This document shows positions 1-13,890 of a DNA stretch of 64,000 nt, one piece after another. The translations under genes were made by a program, and so were the position numbers. The stretch is from the NCBI RefSeq assembly GCF_009914755.1, contig NC_060926.1; one strand, 5' to 3'. How positions within the stretch are numbered: position 1 is the first letter of the stretch; each line of letters opens with the position of its first letter. This DNA comes from the human T2T-CHM13v2.0 reference genome, Homo sapiens. The notes beneath the pieces were generated by a model. The model was not told where the DNA came from. It did not search any database and saw only the letters and a list, made by a program, of their open reading frames with translations.

Positions 1-1002
1 TTTACCTACACCTTCCTTTTTGGTTTAGGCAAATTATAGTATCTAAACCTGAAGTCTCAGCTCTGTGTCTTTGAGATATAAATGTTCTACCATGTCTTCT
101 CTGGAACCTGATAACTATCTATCTCTTTAAAATGGAAGTCTAGGGAGATGACTCATCAGAAAAAGAAGAAAAAAGAGGTATTTGGAAATTGTGCAAATTA
201 AAGCAGCCCCTGATGCCAAAGTCTACACATTCCTGAGTGAGTCAGTTCTGGCCAGTTCTAGCTGGGTCAAGAGAGCTCTGCTGGGCAGGCCTGAAGAGCA
301 GCTGGATGGCAGACACCTGAGGAGCCAGGTGCCTGAAACTTCCCCCACCTGCTTGAGGAGCACCAAAGCCCGGGTGCTGGCTGGACAACCCCTTCTGGCT
401 GCCTAAGCCGGTGGCAGAGGAAGGAAAAAAGGTCAGAGGCAGAGTGTTGAACCCTGCCTCCCAGGTGGGTGGAAGATGCCTGTTGCCAAACTAGGGCCCA
501 GCTTGCCGGGTGAGGTGGGTGAACTGGTGATCCCCCGAGAGAGCGGACGTCAGAACTACATGGTCCCAGACTTCAGCTCGGCCAGTGAAGGAGAGAGAGG
601 GTTAATGTTAACTGCAGGAGGCCCACTCTAGCCTTAAATTCTGTAATTCAAACCCTTCCCTTGGAGACAAAACAAACATAACAAGGAATTCTGAGGTCAG
701 GGGACAAGAATCACAAGTTCCCTAGTGGGAGACTGAGGAGGCAGTGTCCTTTCTGCCCTTGGTCTGCTGGCTAAGAACCTTCCTCAGCCTGACCTTTCCA
801 CATTGCACTTTCAGCTCTGTTTGCAATTTTCCTCCTTTAGTGCTGAGGGAATCCCAGTGTTCGATCCTGAAATCTCTACGTTCCTAATGGGTGGTTAAAA
901 AAAACCTCAGCAAGAGAAGCAGAAAATGTTTCCTCTTCCTGAAAAACTGTAGAAAGGCAGGCACCATTCTGGGTGGGACATGGTCCTTGCAAAAGTCTTT
1001 AT

Positions 1003-1308
<306 letters not shown>

Positions 1309-1924
1309 AAGATTCTGTTTTGATAGAACACTTGTGTCTCTCTCACCTTGTATTTAGAAAAGTTAGAAAGTAAAGGATAATGTATATAGAAAGCTTTTTG
1401 AAGACTCTTAAGAAGTTCATAAATATGGGGCACTGTGACTATGCATATGAAAATATTTCCTATCAGTTGGCAGTTACCACCTCTTATAGTGGCATGGAAC
1501 CTCTTGAGTTAAACCAAGGCTCAGTGAGATTTGGTGATTTAGGTAGTGTCATTTTATGAACAAGGGGGACCCTACTCAGGTCTTTTATTTTATTATACTT
1601 CTCTTTGACATTCACTCCAGTTAAAGAACTCTTTCAAAAGACCTCATGCCTGGTCTCACGGAGATTCAAAGGTGTTTGAGTCCTTCCTTATTATGCCCTT
1701 GGAAGATGCTTTGAGGACCCCAGTGATGAATCCCAAGAACTCTGTCTCCATTATCCCTGGTATAGGGCACCTCATCACTCTGGTGTTATCCCTGAAGGGC
1801 CTTCATAATAATGTGCTTAAAGAGTCCCCTATTATGTCCTTCAGGATGGAGCTTGACTTGCCCAAATTGCTATGTACATGTTAAAGAGAGGCTGGAACTG
1901 AAGTTGGTCATTTCTCACTGGATC

Positions 1925-2640
1925 AGTCAACAAGATTTGAGTACTTTCTGTGTGCTCTGCATCATTCTGAGTACTCTGGGGGACAGAATAAGGCATGGCT
2001 CCTGCCTTCAAGGAGTATGGAATTTAATAGAAGATGACAACATACATGATTGTAAATCTATCTACATGAGAGTGCCTAATTGTGAGATTCCTAATAAACG
2101 GCAAGATATGTTCTGAAAATCTGAAACATAAATGAGGTTGAAGAAATTGTGAAAAGTTTAGCAGAGGAGGAATAATTCGTCAGGTTCTTTAAACACAAGT
2201 AAAGGGGAAAGGAAGGACCATTTTTAAGTTTAGATATTCCAAGCGTTAGTGGTGAGGTTGATTATGGTATGTCTTCTCGTTGATGAGGGAGGAGACTGGT
2301 GAATAGTGGAAAATAAAGTTAAATAGCTAGGGTGGGGCCAAATTCTGGGTTTTAATAAAAGCCAGGCATAGAAATTTAGATTGGGGTGGTAGAAAAAGGA
2401 AGGCTTTAATAGTTTTTGATCCAATGAATGACATCATACAAGTTCTATATAAAGAGCAGTGATTTCAGGATGGGAGAGAATGGCATCAGGAAGACCCACT
2501 TGAATGCTGGTAAGTAATGTTACTAACAGTGCCATTAGTAACATTAATGTTACTAGGGCCTGGACTGATATGCTGATGGAAGTGAGAATGAAGAATAAGG
2601 TGGGATGAAAGAGATTTTGACAAGAGTTTTTTAATGAACC
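1925..2640 (-). mobile_element. L2 LINE fragment (old, diverged)
   Basis: tcaacaagatttgagtactttctgtgtgc...cctgccttcaaggag resembles the antisense L2 3' end; boundaries approximate. Confidence 0.6.
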
Positions 2641-2754
2641 TGAAACGGGAAAGGGCGAGATTAACTAAGCCTGTTTGCCATGGACAGCAATGGGGTTGCT
2701 AGAAGATTAGCTGTGCGGAAAAATTATGCATTTACCTTTGGGCATAATAAAATG

Positions 2755-3070
2755 CAATTGACTCTCCATATTCATGGGTTCTGCATCCACTGATTCAAAC
2801 AACTGTGGAACAAAATTGTCAGAAAAAACAATACAGTGATAAAAAATGATACAAATAAAAAACAACATGGTATACCAACTATTTACATAGCATTTACATC
2901 GTATTAATTGTTATTAAGTAATCTAGAGATGATTTAAAGTATATAGGAGGATGTGTGTAGGTTATATGCAAATACTACACTATTTTATACCAGTAACTTG
3001 AGCATCCATGGATTTTGGCATACAAGGGGGATCCTGGAACCAATTCCCCATGCATATCAAAGGATGACTG
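2755..3070 (-). mobile_element. MER2-type Tigger non-autonomous DNA transposon
   Basis: Degenerate terminal inverted repeats (caattgactctccatattcatggg / ccccatgcatatcaaaggatgactg), TA at 3071-3072, internal taatctagagatgatttaaagtata...ggttatatgcaaatact typical of MER2. Confidence 0.8.
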
Positions 3071-5534
3071 TATGAGTTATCTGTAAAATGGTTTGGTTGA
3101 AATGTTTAGAAAACAGCTAGAAATACAAGACTGGCTGTTGGATGAAAAAAACATAGGACTAGGAAATTCAGGTATGCTAGTCTTTTTGAGTATTGCTTAA
3201 AGCCATGGGAAAAGAGCTCTCTGTGAGTTCCAAGACAGATGCAAGGACTGGCATTCATGCACAGCTTCTAACAGATAAATCTGAAGAGTTCTTAGTATGC
3301 ATGTTGACTGAAATTACTTTAGAAGTAATTTTTCTCCTGGTGATAAAAGGCATGTAAGGCTATTTTAGGAAATTGAAAAATGCAAAAAGGTATAAAGAAA
3401 AAGAAAAGATAATCATTAATAGTACATTAGTAAACAAGATTTGACTAAAGATATGACTTTCCTCCCGCTTGTTTTCTTATGCATATAAAGGGATAGGAAA
3501 TATGTATGTGTGTATGTGTGTGTATAGGATCATGCACTATATATAGCTTGCTTCTTTTTCCGTTATGATAATTTTCCCATGTCATGAATTACGGCTTGCA
3601 AGTGCTTATTCTTAAAGGGCTGCATTATTTTTCATTATTTGGATTTATTATTTAATTGGAGCTCTATTATTGAACATTTAGATTGCTTCCAAAATTTTTT
3701 GCTCTTGTTAATATATTGTAATAAACTTCTGTGAAACACATACTCTTCACCTGCTACTTACATATGACTTCTGTAAGCAGAGACCTCTGTATCCCCAGGA
3801 CCTAGAAGGTTACCTGGACATAGTAGTTGCTTAACTAAAAAAAATTATTGATTGAATGAAAGAAGACTATTAAATGTTCAGTTCTTCTTTTTTTATTCTG
3901 ATTCCCTGTGTATCCAGGGGCCTCTTATTTGTCTGCATGTATGAGTTTGGCTGTAATGAAAGTATTGGCCGTATATGACCATAAACAGGCATTGCTATTT
4001 CTGTCACAGTTATATTTGTCATTCTGTATTAATACATCTATATGCTGATTTCTATTGAAGCATGGTTAATTTTGTTTGCTTCTAAGCAATGTAGCTACCC
4101 TACTGATGCTGATAAAATTAAATTTCTGAACCTATAAGACTGAGGATTGGGCCTAGGTTGTGGTAAATTGGCAAGATAATGGATGCTACCCTGTCAAGAG
4201 CCCTCTGAAGAGAAAAGTCTGCCACCCTTCACCAGGTAGAAACTCCTGGCAGTGCCACATTTTCCAGTTTGACGCCCTGTGATACCCTGAAAAGACAGAT
4301 GTTTGACTCTTTTCAAATAATATTTTAACATATTTTAAGACGCAAAGGCATTGTGTCGGACTTTTTTCTTAAGAATATATTTCATTACCACTCAGAAGTT
4401 AGCTTCCAAAAGAAACAAGTGTGTGCAAAGGTTTATGATAGTGGTGTAGAGAAGTTTTTAAAATAAATGTGCATCTTTTATGGTAATAAAAGCACATTAT
4501 GAAGAATTTTTTAGGTCCAGTTCACAGATTCCTTGTGCCTGGGGAAAACTTTATTAGAAAATTAGATAATTTCTAATTTGATTAGGGGAAGTCTAATGGG
4601 AAAACTTTTTAACTGAGCGGTCCAATTCGAAACATGAATATCTGTGCTGGAAGCTTCTATTGAACTTTACTTAAGTCACATCTAAGACCCTCTGCCTGTC
4701 AGTCCACCATTACCCTAACTGTGGTAGAAATTCTCTATATGACACCTAGATCTTTTTTTGTTGCACTTTTAAGCTGTGTAGGAAACACACTGCCCACATG
4801 TTCATACAACACAGAGTGATTATCCACTTAGTTCCTAAAAAGTTGTATTTGGTTATGGGGTTTGATCCCACTTGTCCAGGGTTTAGGTCAGCTACTGAAG
4901 ATTAGGATATCTGGGTACCTCTTACTGGAGAATGCATTCCTGTTTTCATTTCATTCCTGGGGGCAATATTCAATCTGGTGTGGCCCTCTGTATTATAAAA
5001 TGTTTCCCAGATTGTGTTTATCTGAAATACAAATCCAAGAAGAAGCATGGTGTTAATTGCCGTGTAAAAAAGATTCCAGAGTCAAGAGCTTGAGAAGTTC
5101 TGTTCCTTCCTTCATAGGTTCAGTTGTTTAACCCAGCATTTTTCAAACATATTTTACTCCTAGAACCTGTTTTTCCTCAGACATATTTAAGAAAAAAGCA
5201 TTTTGTAGAACACATTTGGACAAATGATACTTTATATCATTGCTTTGTTTTTTAAATTTTAGTTTGACTCAATTTTACAGTTTCAGGATTTTGTTTCTGT
5301 TTCAGGTTTTAAGCTTTTCTTTTATAAATAGTTACTTTCCTAGTCTGAAATCTATACATTGTTTCAGTAATGAATTCATTATGTAAATTTGCCCATCATT
5401 CATCTAAAGGGAATAAATGTTAAATTGTTTTTTTAAATTTTGACTTGTGTCACATATGAGAATATAAAGTATATCTGTACAATAAAGGAAAATGAAACAT
5501 CAAAGTATCTACCTCAGGTTAAGAAGCAGAACTT

Positions 5535-5765
5535 GGCTGGGCATGGTGGCTCACACCTGTAATCCCAGCACTTTGGGAGGCAGAAGTGGGAAGATCACTT
5601 GAAGCCAGGATTTGGAGACCAGCTTGTTCAATAAAGGAAGACCTCATCTCTAACAACAACCACAACAGCAAAAAATTAGCCAGGCACGGTGACACATGCT
5701 TATAGTCCCAGCTACTGGTGCAGCCTCGAACTCCTGGTCTCAAGCCATCTTCCCACCTCGGCCTC
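5535..5765 (+). mobile_element. Rearranged AluJ: left arm and start of right arm forward, next ~47 bp inverted, remainder absent
   Basis: Forward Alu runs to cccagctact (5716); 5719-5765 is the reverse complement of the next Alu segment (gaggccgaggtgggaagatggcttgagaccaggagttcgaggctgca). Confidence 0.85.
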
Positions 5766-5769
5766 ATGT

Positions 5770-6200
5770 TGTAGTGAACTTTGTTATGCAGTGTCTCCTA
5801 TTCTACATGTGCAGGAGTATTTTTACAGTATGTACCTGGAGTGGAATTGCTTGGTCATTGGGCATGTGTGTGTTCAGCTCTATTGAGTGGCATCATACTG
5901 TTCTCCAAAGCAGTTGTACCAATCTACACCCTCACCAGCAGTGAATAGTCTTCCCATTGCTCTTCCTCAATGAAACTAGATATTCACAGCCTTTTAGGTT
6001 TTTCCTAGAGTATGAAGTGGTATCTCTTTGGGGTTTTAATGTTTATTTCCCTGATTAGAATTGTAGTTGAGCATCTTTTATTATGTTTATGGGCCATTTA
6101 TGTTTTCTCTTCCGTGAAATTCCTATTCGGGTTTTTTGCTCATTTTAAATGTTGTTGTTTGTGTTTTTCTTATATAGGAATTCTTCACGCAATCAAGATG
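5770..6200 (-). mobile_element. Old L1 (L1M) fragment
   Basis: ggagtggaattgcttggtcat...gttgtaccaatctacaccctcaccagcagtg...gttgagcatcttt, characteristic of the antisense L1 ORF2 3' end. Confidence 0.75.
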
Positions 6201-6421
6201 CACGTATGTTGTTCAGAATAGTACCTGAGACATAGAAACAACTTTGTAAGAATAGCTATCATTACATTACCATTGTATTTAATCCTTTGTTTTTATATGT
6301 TACAATTATCTTCTGCTAATTTGTGGCTTATTTTTCATTCTGTGATGCTAATTTTTTAACCTAGTATTCTATTATTTTAAAAATACACAATCTTGAGTAG
6401 TCTACATGTTCATAACCATGA

Positions 6422-6896
<475 letters not shown>

Positions 6897-6958
6897 TAGA
6901 TGCATTTGTCTCTCCAAATGCACTGTGATTATTTCGAAGACAAAACATTTTTGGCATT

Positions 6959-6961
<3 letters not shown>

Positions 6962-7043
<82 letters not shown>

Positions 7044-7133
7044 GTATATAATATATATATGTATGTATATATGTATATAATATATATTGTATAAATATGT
7101 TTTATATATCATATAAAAATTATATATATATAT
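6962..7133. repeat. (TA)n compound microsatellite
   Basis: About 19 pure TA units, then interrupted TA/CA/TG units over ~170 bp. Confidence 0.95.
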
Positions 7134-7440
7134 AAATGCCACTTATCCCTAATATAGGGACTCGATTAGTTTCTGCTAGTGTGGAGACAAGTCATGTCAT
7201 GGCTAGGGGCCATGATGGTAGGAGCAGTCAGAGGATTTCTTGCATTGTGGTGAGTGCATATAAGTTAAGTAAGCCACTTATCAGTAGATTTGATAGCAGG
7301 ATAATAGTTATATCACTGATACCTAGGCAGTACATGACACTCAGTAAAGAATAGATTAATCCTCATGCTCTTCATCTTCCTCCTAATCTCTTTACCTGTG
7401 CTGCCCTCCAGCTTTCAAAGTGCTCTGAGTCATCACTTAC

Positions 7441-7844
7441 ACAGTGTTCCTTAGCTGCCCCTTCAGTGAGCCAGTGTTTCTGTGCCCCAGTGTTCCTGAG
7501 AGTTAGAACACAGAAAACAGAGCAGGCTCTTGCCCACATCACAGAACATCTTTGTCTCCCTGTGGATACCGCACATTTGTTCATTAGAGCTCAGGAATTG
7601 CCAGAGACTGGCTTTTCTGGCAATGGACACTAGATTCTTCAGAAGAATATTGGTTGAAATCTTCCTGCTGTGACAGTTCCCTGCACGCAGGGCAGGAGTG
7701 TGTGCTTCTTCCCAGCAAAGACAGAGGCAGGGCCTACAGAAACTGTGCCCGCAGCCTATAGTGATGGGGTCTGTGAGGTAATTCAGGCAGATGAGGCAGG
7801 TGAGTTCTTTCTGGAAGGCTTGTGGGAAGTCTAAGTCCATTTTT
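7441..7844 (-). pseudogene. TRIM43-like unprocessed pseudogene fragment: first coding exon (RING + B-box)
   Basis: Acceptor ttttcttccctcag|aaaaATG (ATG at 7840); translation [46 protein letters not shown]...[22 protein letters not shown]...[17 protein letters not shown] closely matches the recalled TRIM43 N-terminus; donor gtaagt at 7440-7435. Three indels (~7695, ~7655, ~7489); no downstream coiled-coil or SPRY exons found. Confidence 0.9.
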
Positions 7845-8103
7845 CTGAGGGAAGAAAACCAGAAGAATTTATTCTTATGCCATAGAGAGACAAAGATCTA
7901 CACAAAGTTTGAATCAGGTTTTGAGTAGGATCTGCTCACAGGTTTAAATCTATAGCAGGATACGATTTTATTTTGCACGTAACAAAAATGAAAAATTGAG
8001 GCACAGAATTCAAGCTTTGCAGAAAAATGTGTTGGCTCCCTAACCAACACACACACACACGCCTACTTTCCCAAATTCTTTCCTCCTGTATGAAAAAACT
8101 TAA

Positions 8104-8474
8104 GGCTGGGCACAGTGGCTCATGCTTGTAATCCAGCACTTTGGGAGGCTGAGGCAGCAGGATTGCTTGATCCAAAGAATCCAAGACCAGCCTGGGCAAC
8201 ATGATGAGACCCTGCCTCTACAAAAAGAAAAGGAGGAAAAAATTAGCTGAGCATGCCAATAGTCCCTGCTACTAGGGAGGCTGAGGTGAGAGGATTGCTT
8301 GAGCCCAGGAGGTCAAGGCGGCAGTGAGCCGTAATCCAGCCACTACACTCTAGCCTGAATGACAGAGCAAGACTCTGTCTCAAAAATGAACAAAGAAAGA
8401 AAAGAAAGAAAGAGAGAGGGAGGGAAGGAGGAAGGAAGGAAGAAAGGAAGGAAGGAAGAAAAGGAAGGAAGGAA
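8104..8474 (+). mobile_element. AluJ with GAAA/GGAA-expanded tail
   Basis: Alu dimer with J-type ggattgcttgagcccaggaggtcaagg, followed by a purine-rich microsatellite at ~8391-8474. Confidence 0.9.
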
Positions 8475-8713
8475 GTTTACAGAGTTTTTTGAGGTGTTAG
8501 TGTTCCCTAAATTGTATGGTCTTCAGAGGTTTACCCTCCTATAGCTTCAAGGGGTGAGTCCTGACTGGTAGGAAAATCAATCACACTCTTACTTGCCAGT
8601 GATTCATTTAGGGAAGACAGCTAACTAAGCTCTTCCACTTTGATTATTTCATTTAATTGTAACAACCATCTTATTATGACTTCTTCAAAATTACCCTGCC
8701 AGTAAGTGTTGGA

Positions 8714-8801
8714 GGACTCCCCAGAAGCAGAAACCACCATGCTTCCTGTATAGCCTACGGAACCATGAGCCAACTAAAGGTGTTTCTCAGGTATTTCTTT
8801 A
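8714..8801 (+). mobile_element. MST-type MaLR LTR 3' fragment, copy 1
   Basis: ccccagaagcagaaaccaccatgcttcctgtatagcctacggaaccatgagccaactaa...gtatttctttata; near-identical to 9713-9803. Confidence 0.75.
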
Positions 8802-9694
8802 TATCTTTGGCCAAAATTAAAGAGTTAGGCTTTACTCTCCAAGATACTGCAACAGACAAAAACAAGCCACCACTGTTTTCTAATGTTGTTTTCTTGTTAA
8901 TTGAATCAACAAGTATTTTCTGGTAAGTTTAGTGTTCCAGAGACTGTTAACCTGGTGATGCACCGGTTAATAAAACATCTGTAAGAGAAATAAAAGTTTA
9001 AAAATGAACCAGATGATAAAATGCAGTAGTGTACACAATGCCACTTATCCGCATGTCTTCTGTGTGTCACCCATGATCCAGAAAATGTCTTTAGTATAAG
9101 CCATTGATAAGGATGCCTGAAAAATTCACGTATAGAAGACATAGTCACAAAATTATTTTTTTCCTTTGATATCCCTTGTTACTTCAAACAGAATTTACCA
9201 CTCCAATTCGATTTCTGAATACATGGGAGTTAATAGAATACTCCTAATCCATTTATAGGATCTACACTAAGTAAAAAAATTAAAGACATCTGAAAACTAT
9301 TTTGTGAGTCCTTATAATCCATATCAACAATCATGGAATATGTTAAGTAATAGACCAAAAATTAATCATCATATTAACCAAAAACACATAGCAAGACAAG
9401 ATAACTAAATATTTTCATTTGGAAATTGGGAAATTTAGTCAATTTTAAAACTCAGCAAATGAGATCATTTCACAGAAGCAACCTAGGTTTGCTGGTAAAT
9501 TAAAATTTTGACATTTTGTTTTGGTTTGGAAGGGTAGTTCCTCTTCTGTAAATTGTGTACTCACATAAGAAATATATCTATGTTCTCACGGACACTTGCT
9601 GTAGAGGTAATAATATGAAGTTAGCTCAGGTATCAGGGCCTCACAGTGCAGTGCTGGTAGCTTTTTTTTTTTTTTTTTTTTTTTTGCCCTGCAC

Positions 9695-9828
9695 CTTGAG
9701 TAAAAGTTTCCTGAGGCCTCCCCGGAAGCAGAAACCACCATGCTTCCTGTATAGCCTATGGAACCGTGAGCCAACTAAGGGTATTTCTCATGTATTTCTT
9801 TATAGCAATGCAAGAACGTACTAATACA
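9695..9828 (+). mobile_element. MST-type MaLR LTR 3' fragment, copy 2
   Basis: aagtttcctgaggcctcccc...gtatttctttatagcaatgcaagaacgtactaataca (canonical MaLR end). Confidence 0.8.
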
Positions 9829-11089
9829 GCTAAGCAGAGGCCATCAGGACCAGCAACAGTCTGAGCTGGATGAGAGACAAAGCTAAACTTTGAGCAGCAG
9901 CAGGAGCTGCCAGGGATTACAGAAAGGAAGGACGGACTCCTAAATTCCAGGATGTCTCCTTTAAGTCTGTAAGAAGCTCAGCCACCGTCTCCTTACCTGA
10001 CTCCTCTGGGAAAGAGTTTCCCTAGGTTAAGCCATACAGGGATAGGGTAGGAGATGCCATTTGGATCTAGGAGCAGAGGGCAGAGCCTCAGCAGGAAGAG
10101 TGTCTCTTTGAGAAGGAGACACAGTGGAGCAGGTGTGTAGGTTCACAGGGCCAGCTATGGGTAGAGTCGGGTGTACATTTTTAGAAGCCACAATTCCCAA
10201 AAATCTCCTGACTATAACATCAGTGCACAGAGCCAGTCAAATGGAGGAGGAGTGGGTCCAGGCAATTCAGGAAGAAGGAAAGTAACAAATGAGTGGTTGC
10301 AGGAGGACACTTTTTCTGTCGAGGTCACTAAACAAAACATTGTCTCCTCCCCTTAACTTCAGAAACAATGGAGGGTAAAAGTGTCGCCTGGGCCCTGGGG
10401 GCAAAGACAGTAGATAACTTCTCTGTCGTGTTCTCCAGAAGGGCCCAACAATTACAAGGTTCTACGGTTCTAAATTCCAATCTAGTCTTCCACATCATTT
10501 TGAAGGTATAATATTACTTGTCAAAGTGGGATGATAGAAGATATGTGTGGACATAAATTGTTGTCAAGGAAAAAAACTAAAATAAGAAAATAAGAGAAAA
10601 AATATATGTATGTACAGTGGTTAGCTAGAAATATGCCTTTTAAATATTTGGCATGTGGTATGTGGGCCTCAATGTGTACTATTGCACTAGCTTCCCAAAT
10701 ATTAAAGGATGTCTTTTAAAAGAAAAACCTCTTGCTAAAAGGTTAACAGTTAAAATAACCAGAGTGGCACAGGTACCAGTCATTAAGTGAAACCTTTCAT
10801 CTTCCCAGAATAGTGCCTGTTCCCAAGCCAGCTTCTTTGAAAATCACTTTTCTCTCCTTTACTATTTAGTTTACAGATTGTATAGTAACAATACAGAAAC
10901 CACAATAGTAGCAAAAAAAATAAAGAATATTTTTAAATGAAAACTCACATCCTAACTCTACCAAAACATGAAAATTAAACCTGAATGCCTCCCATTCCTG
11001 ATATATTTTTCACCTAAATATTCAGCTCTGGGATTGCATTGTTTTTGGATTGAGTGGAAATTATTGCCTGGTCTTGAAATCTTCCATAA

Positions 11090-11151
11090 TGTGTGTGTGT
11101 GTGTGCGTGTGTGCGTGTGTGCGTGTGTGTGTGTGTATGTATGTATGTGTG
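11090..11151. repeat. (TG/CG)n alternating purine-pyrimidine microsatellite
   Basis: About 60 bp of gtgt/gcgt/gtat alternation. Confidence 0.9.
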
Positions 11152-11321
11152 GTGAATATACTTCTTTTTGTTCAGAGCAAAGATTTTTTCAATATGTATA
11201 TTTATTTTAGGCAGATTATGCTAGTAATTTTCTACAAATGTGCTTTTTAAAAAATAACCTTTAATTTAAAAAAAATTATTCTTACTCAGTGGCCCACAAT
11301 TGTTAAAAACGCTACTAATGG

Positions 11322-11476
11322 AGCTGGGTATGGTGACACACACCTGTCATCCCAGCTACTTGGGAGACTGAGGCAGGGGTATTGCTTAAACTTGGGAATG
11401 TGAAACCAGCCTGGGCAACGTAGTGAGATCCCAATCTCAAAAATCAATCAATCATTAAAAAATAAAATAAAATAAA
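11322..11476 (+). mobile_element. Alu monomer (FLAM-like)
   Basis: Single Alu arm with A-rich tail. Confidence 0.8.
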
Positions 11477-11559
11477 ACACTACTAATAGCTTTTTAAAAA
11501 ATAGTTCTTAACCAATTTTCCTAGCACCTTCCCTTCCTCAGTGAAGTATAGAAATATGT

Positions 11560-11917
<358 letters not shown>

Positions 11918-12487
11918 TTATTCTAAAATATTCATAAATATTCTCTAGTAATGATAAGATTAAAGTGACAAAGACAAACTTTTTTCCTGTGCAGTTCCAT
12001 CTCTCACCTTCCCGTAATTTGTCTGTCCCATCCAGCTTCCAAAGGAAATTATTTACAAAATAATGTCTGCATCCTGGGTCTATATATCTATTGCCTATGA
12101 GGAGAGCATTTCAGATCTGAGCCATCTTCAAGTCTTATACTTTGTGTATAGCTCTCATGTTTTTGCAGGTTATGTAAGTTTGTATACCCTTTCTTTTATT
12201 AATCTGTGTATGGTCAGTTCATTTCGGGTAATCTTCAGAGGGTGAAAGGCGAAGCTTTTCACTTCACTCCTACTGTGACAACTAACTACCTTCTTGCTTA
12301 TTCAATGTTTTAGTCTATATCAACACTTTTATATACATTTACTTTTAAACAAAATTTTGCATCATTACACTTAAATTTTTATTTACCTTTTAAAAAGGAA
12401 ATTAAAAATTATAAAATTTTACATAATAAAAATAAAATAAATGATTTATATAAAAATTAATCTGACCTGTGAAAAACACTGTCCAGA

Positions 12488-12800
<313 letters not shown>

Positions 12801-13700
12801 ACACTATCGAGAGAATAAAAAGACAAATCACAGACTGGGAGTAAAAATTTACAAAAGCTATATCTGGTGAAGATACATTTGTTATCCAAAACATACAAAG
12901 AACTCTCAGGACTCAATAATAGGAAAACAAATAGTCTAACACAAATGTAGAGATCTGAACAGACATTTCACCATAGAATACAGATGGATGATACGTAAGC
13001 ACATTGAAAGATGTTCAACATCATTCATCATTAGGGAAATGTAAATTAAAACCACAATGAGATACTGCTACATGCCTATTAGAATAGCTAAAATTTAAAA
13101 GACTGACCATACTAAACATTGGTGAGAACACAAAGGAACAGGAATGCTCATACACTGCTGCTGGAAATACAGCCACTTTGTCAGTTTCTTTATAAGTTAA
13201 ACTGGCTGGGAGCGGTGGCTCACGCCTGTAATCCCAGCACTTCGGGAGGCCAAGGCGGGCGGATCACGAGGTCGGGAAATCGAGACCATCCTAGCTAACA
13301 CGGTGAAACCCCGTATCTACTAAAAATACAAACAATTAGCCAGGTGTGGTGGCGAGCGCCTGTAATTCCAGCTACTCCGGAGGCTGAGGCAGGAGAATGG
13401 CGTGAACCCGGGAGGCGGAGCTTGCAGTGAGCCGCCATGCACCACTGCACTCCAGCCTGGGCGACAGAGCGAGACTCCGTCTCAAAAAAAAAAAAAAAAA
13501 AAAAAAAAAGTTAAACATATCACACCACCTAGTCATTCAAATCCTACTTATTTGCCCAAGACAAATGAAAGTGTATGTCCAAACGATTGGACAAACATTC
13601 GTAGCAACTTTATTTGAAATAGCAAAAACAACTGGAAGCAAACCAAATGTCCATCAAGAGGTGAATAGATACACTAACTGTAGAATATCCATACAATAAA
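12801..13700 (+). mobile_element. Old L1 ORF2 3' fragment, interrupted by AluY
   Basis: agacatttcacc...agggaaatgtaaattaaaaccacaatgagatac...aaccaaatgtccatc. Confidence 0.8.
13204..13509 (+). mobile_element. AluY with TSD
   Basis: AluY diagnostic positions; TSD aagttaaac on both sides. Confidence 0.95.
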
Positions 13701-13890
13701 ACTATTTTTTTAAAAACTACGGGGCAAAAAACAAAAAAACCAAAGATAGAATCTAACTTCTTGGTAAGTACATTCACTATTAGGGTTTTTATAACAGAGA
13801 AGTCATTCTTTATTAACACTCTTTTGACTATGAAAATATTTTGACATCAAAAATCTGCAAAATATGAAGAAACAAAGGACACACAGCTTT

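Noticed and set aside
540-580. GACGTCA plus ACTACAtggTCCCAG (CRE / ZNF143-like promoter motif)
   Set aside because: Spacing deviates from the ZNF143-associated consensus; there is no CpG island and no identifiable downstream exon.
9830-10450. Strong minus-strand donor (cag|gtaagg at ~9997) suggesting an exon
   Set aside because: No recognisable coding similarity or matching acceptor; cannot be supported without transcript data.
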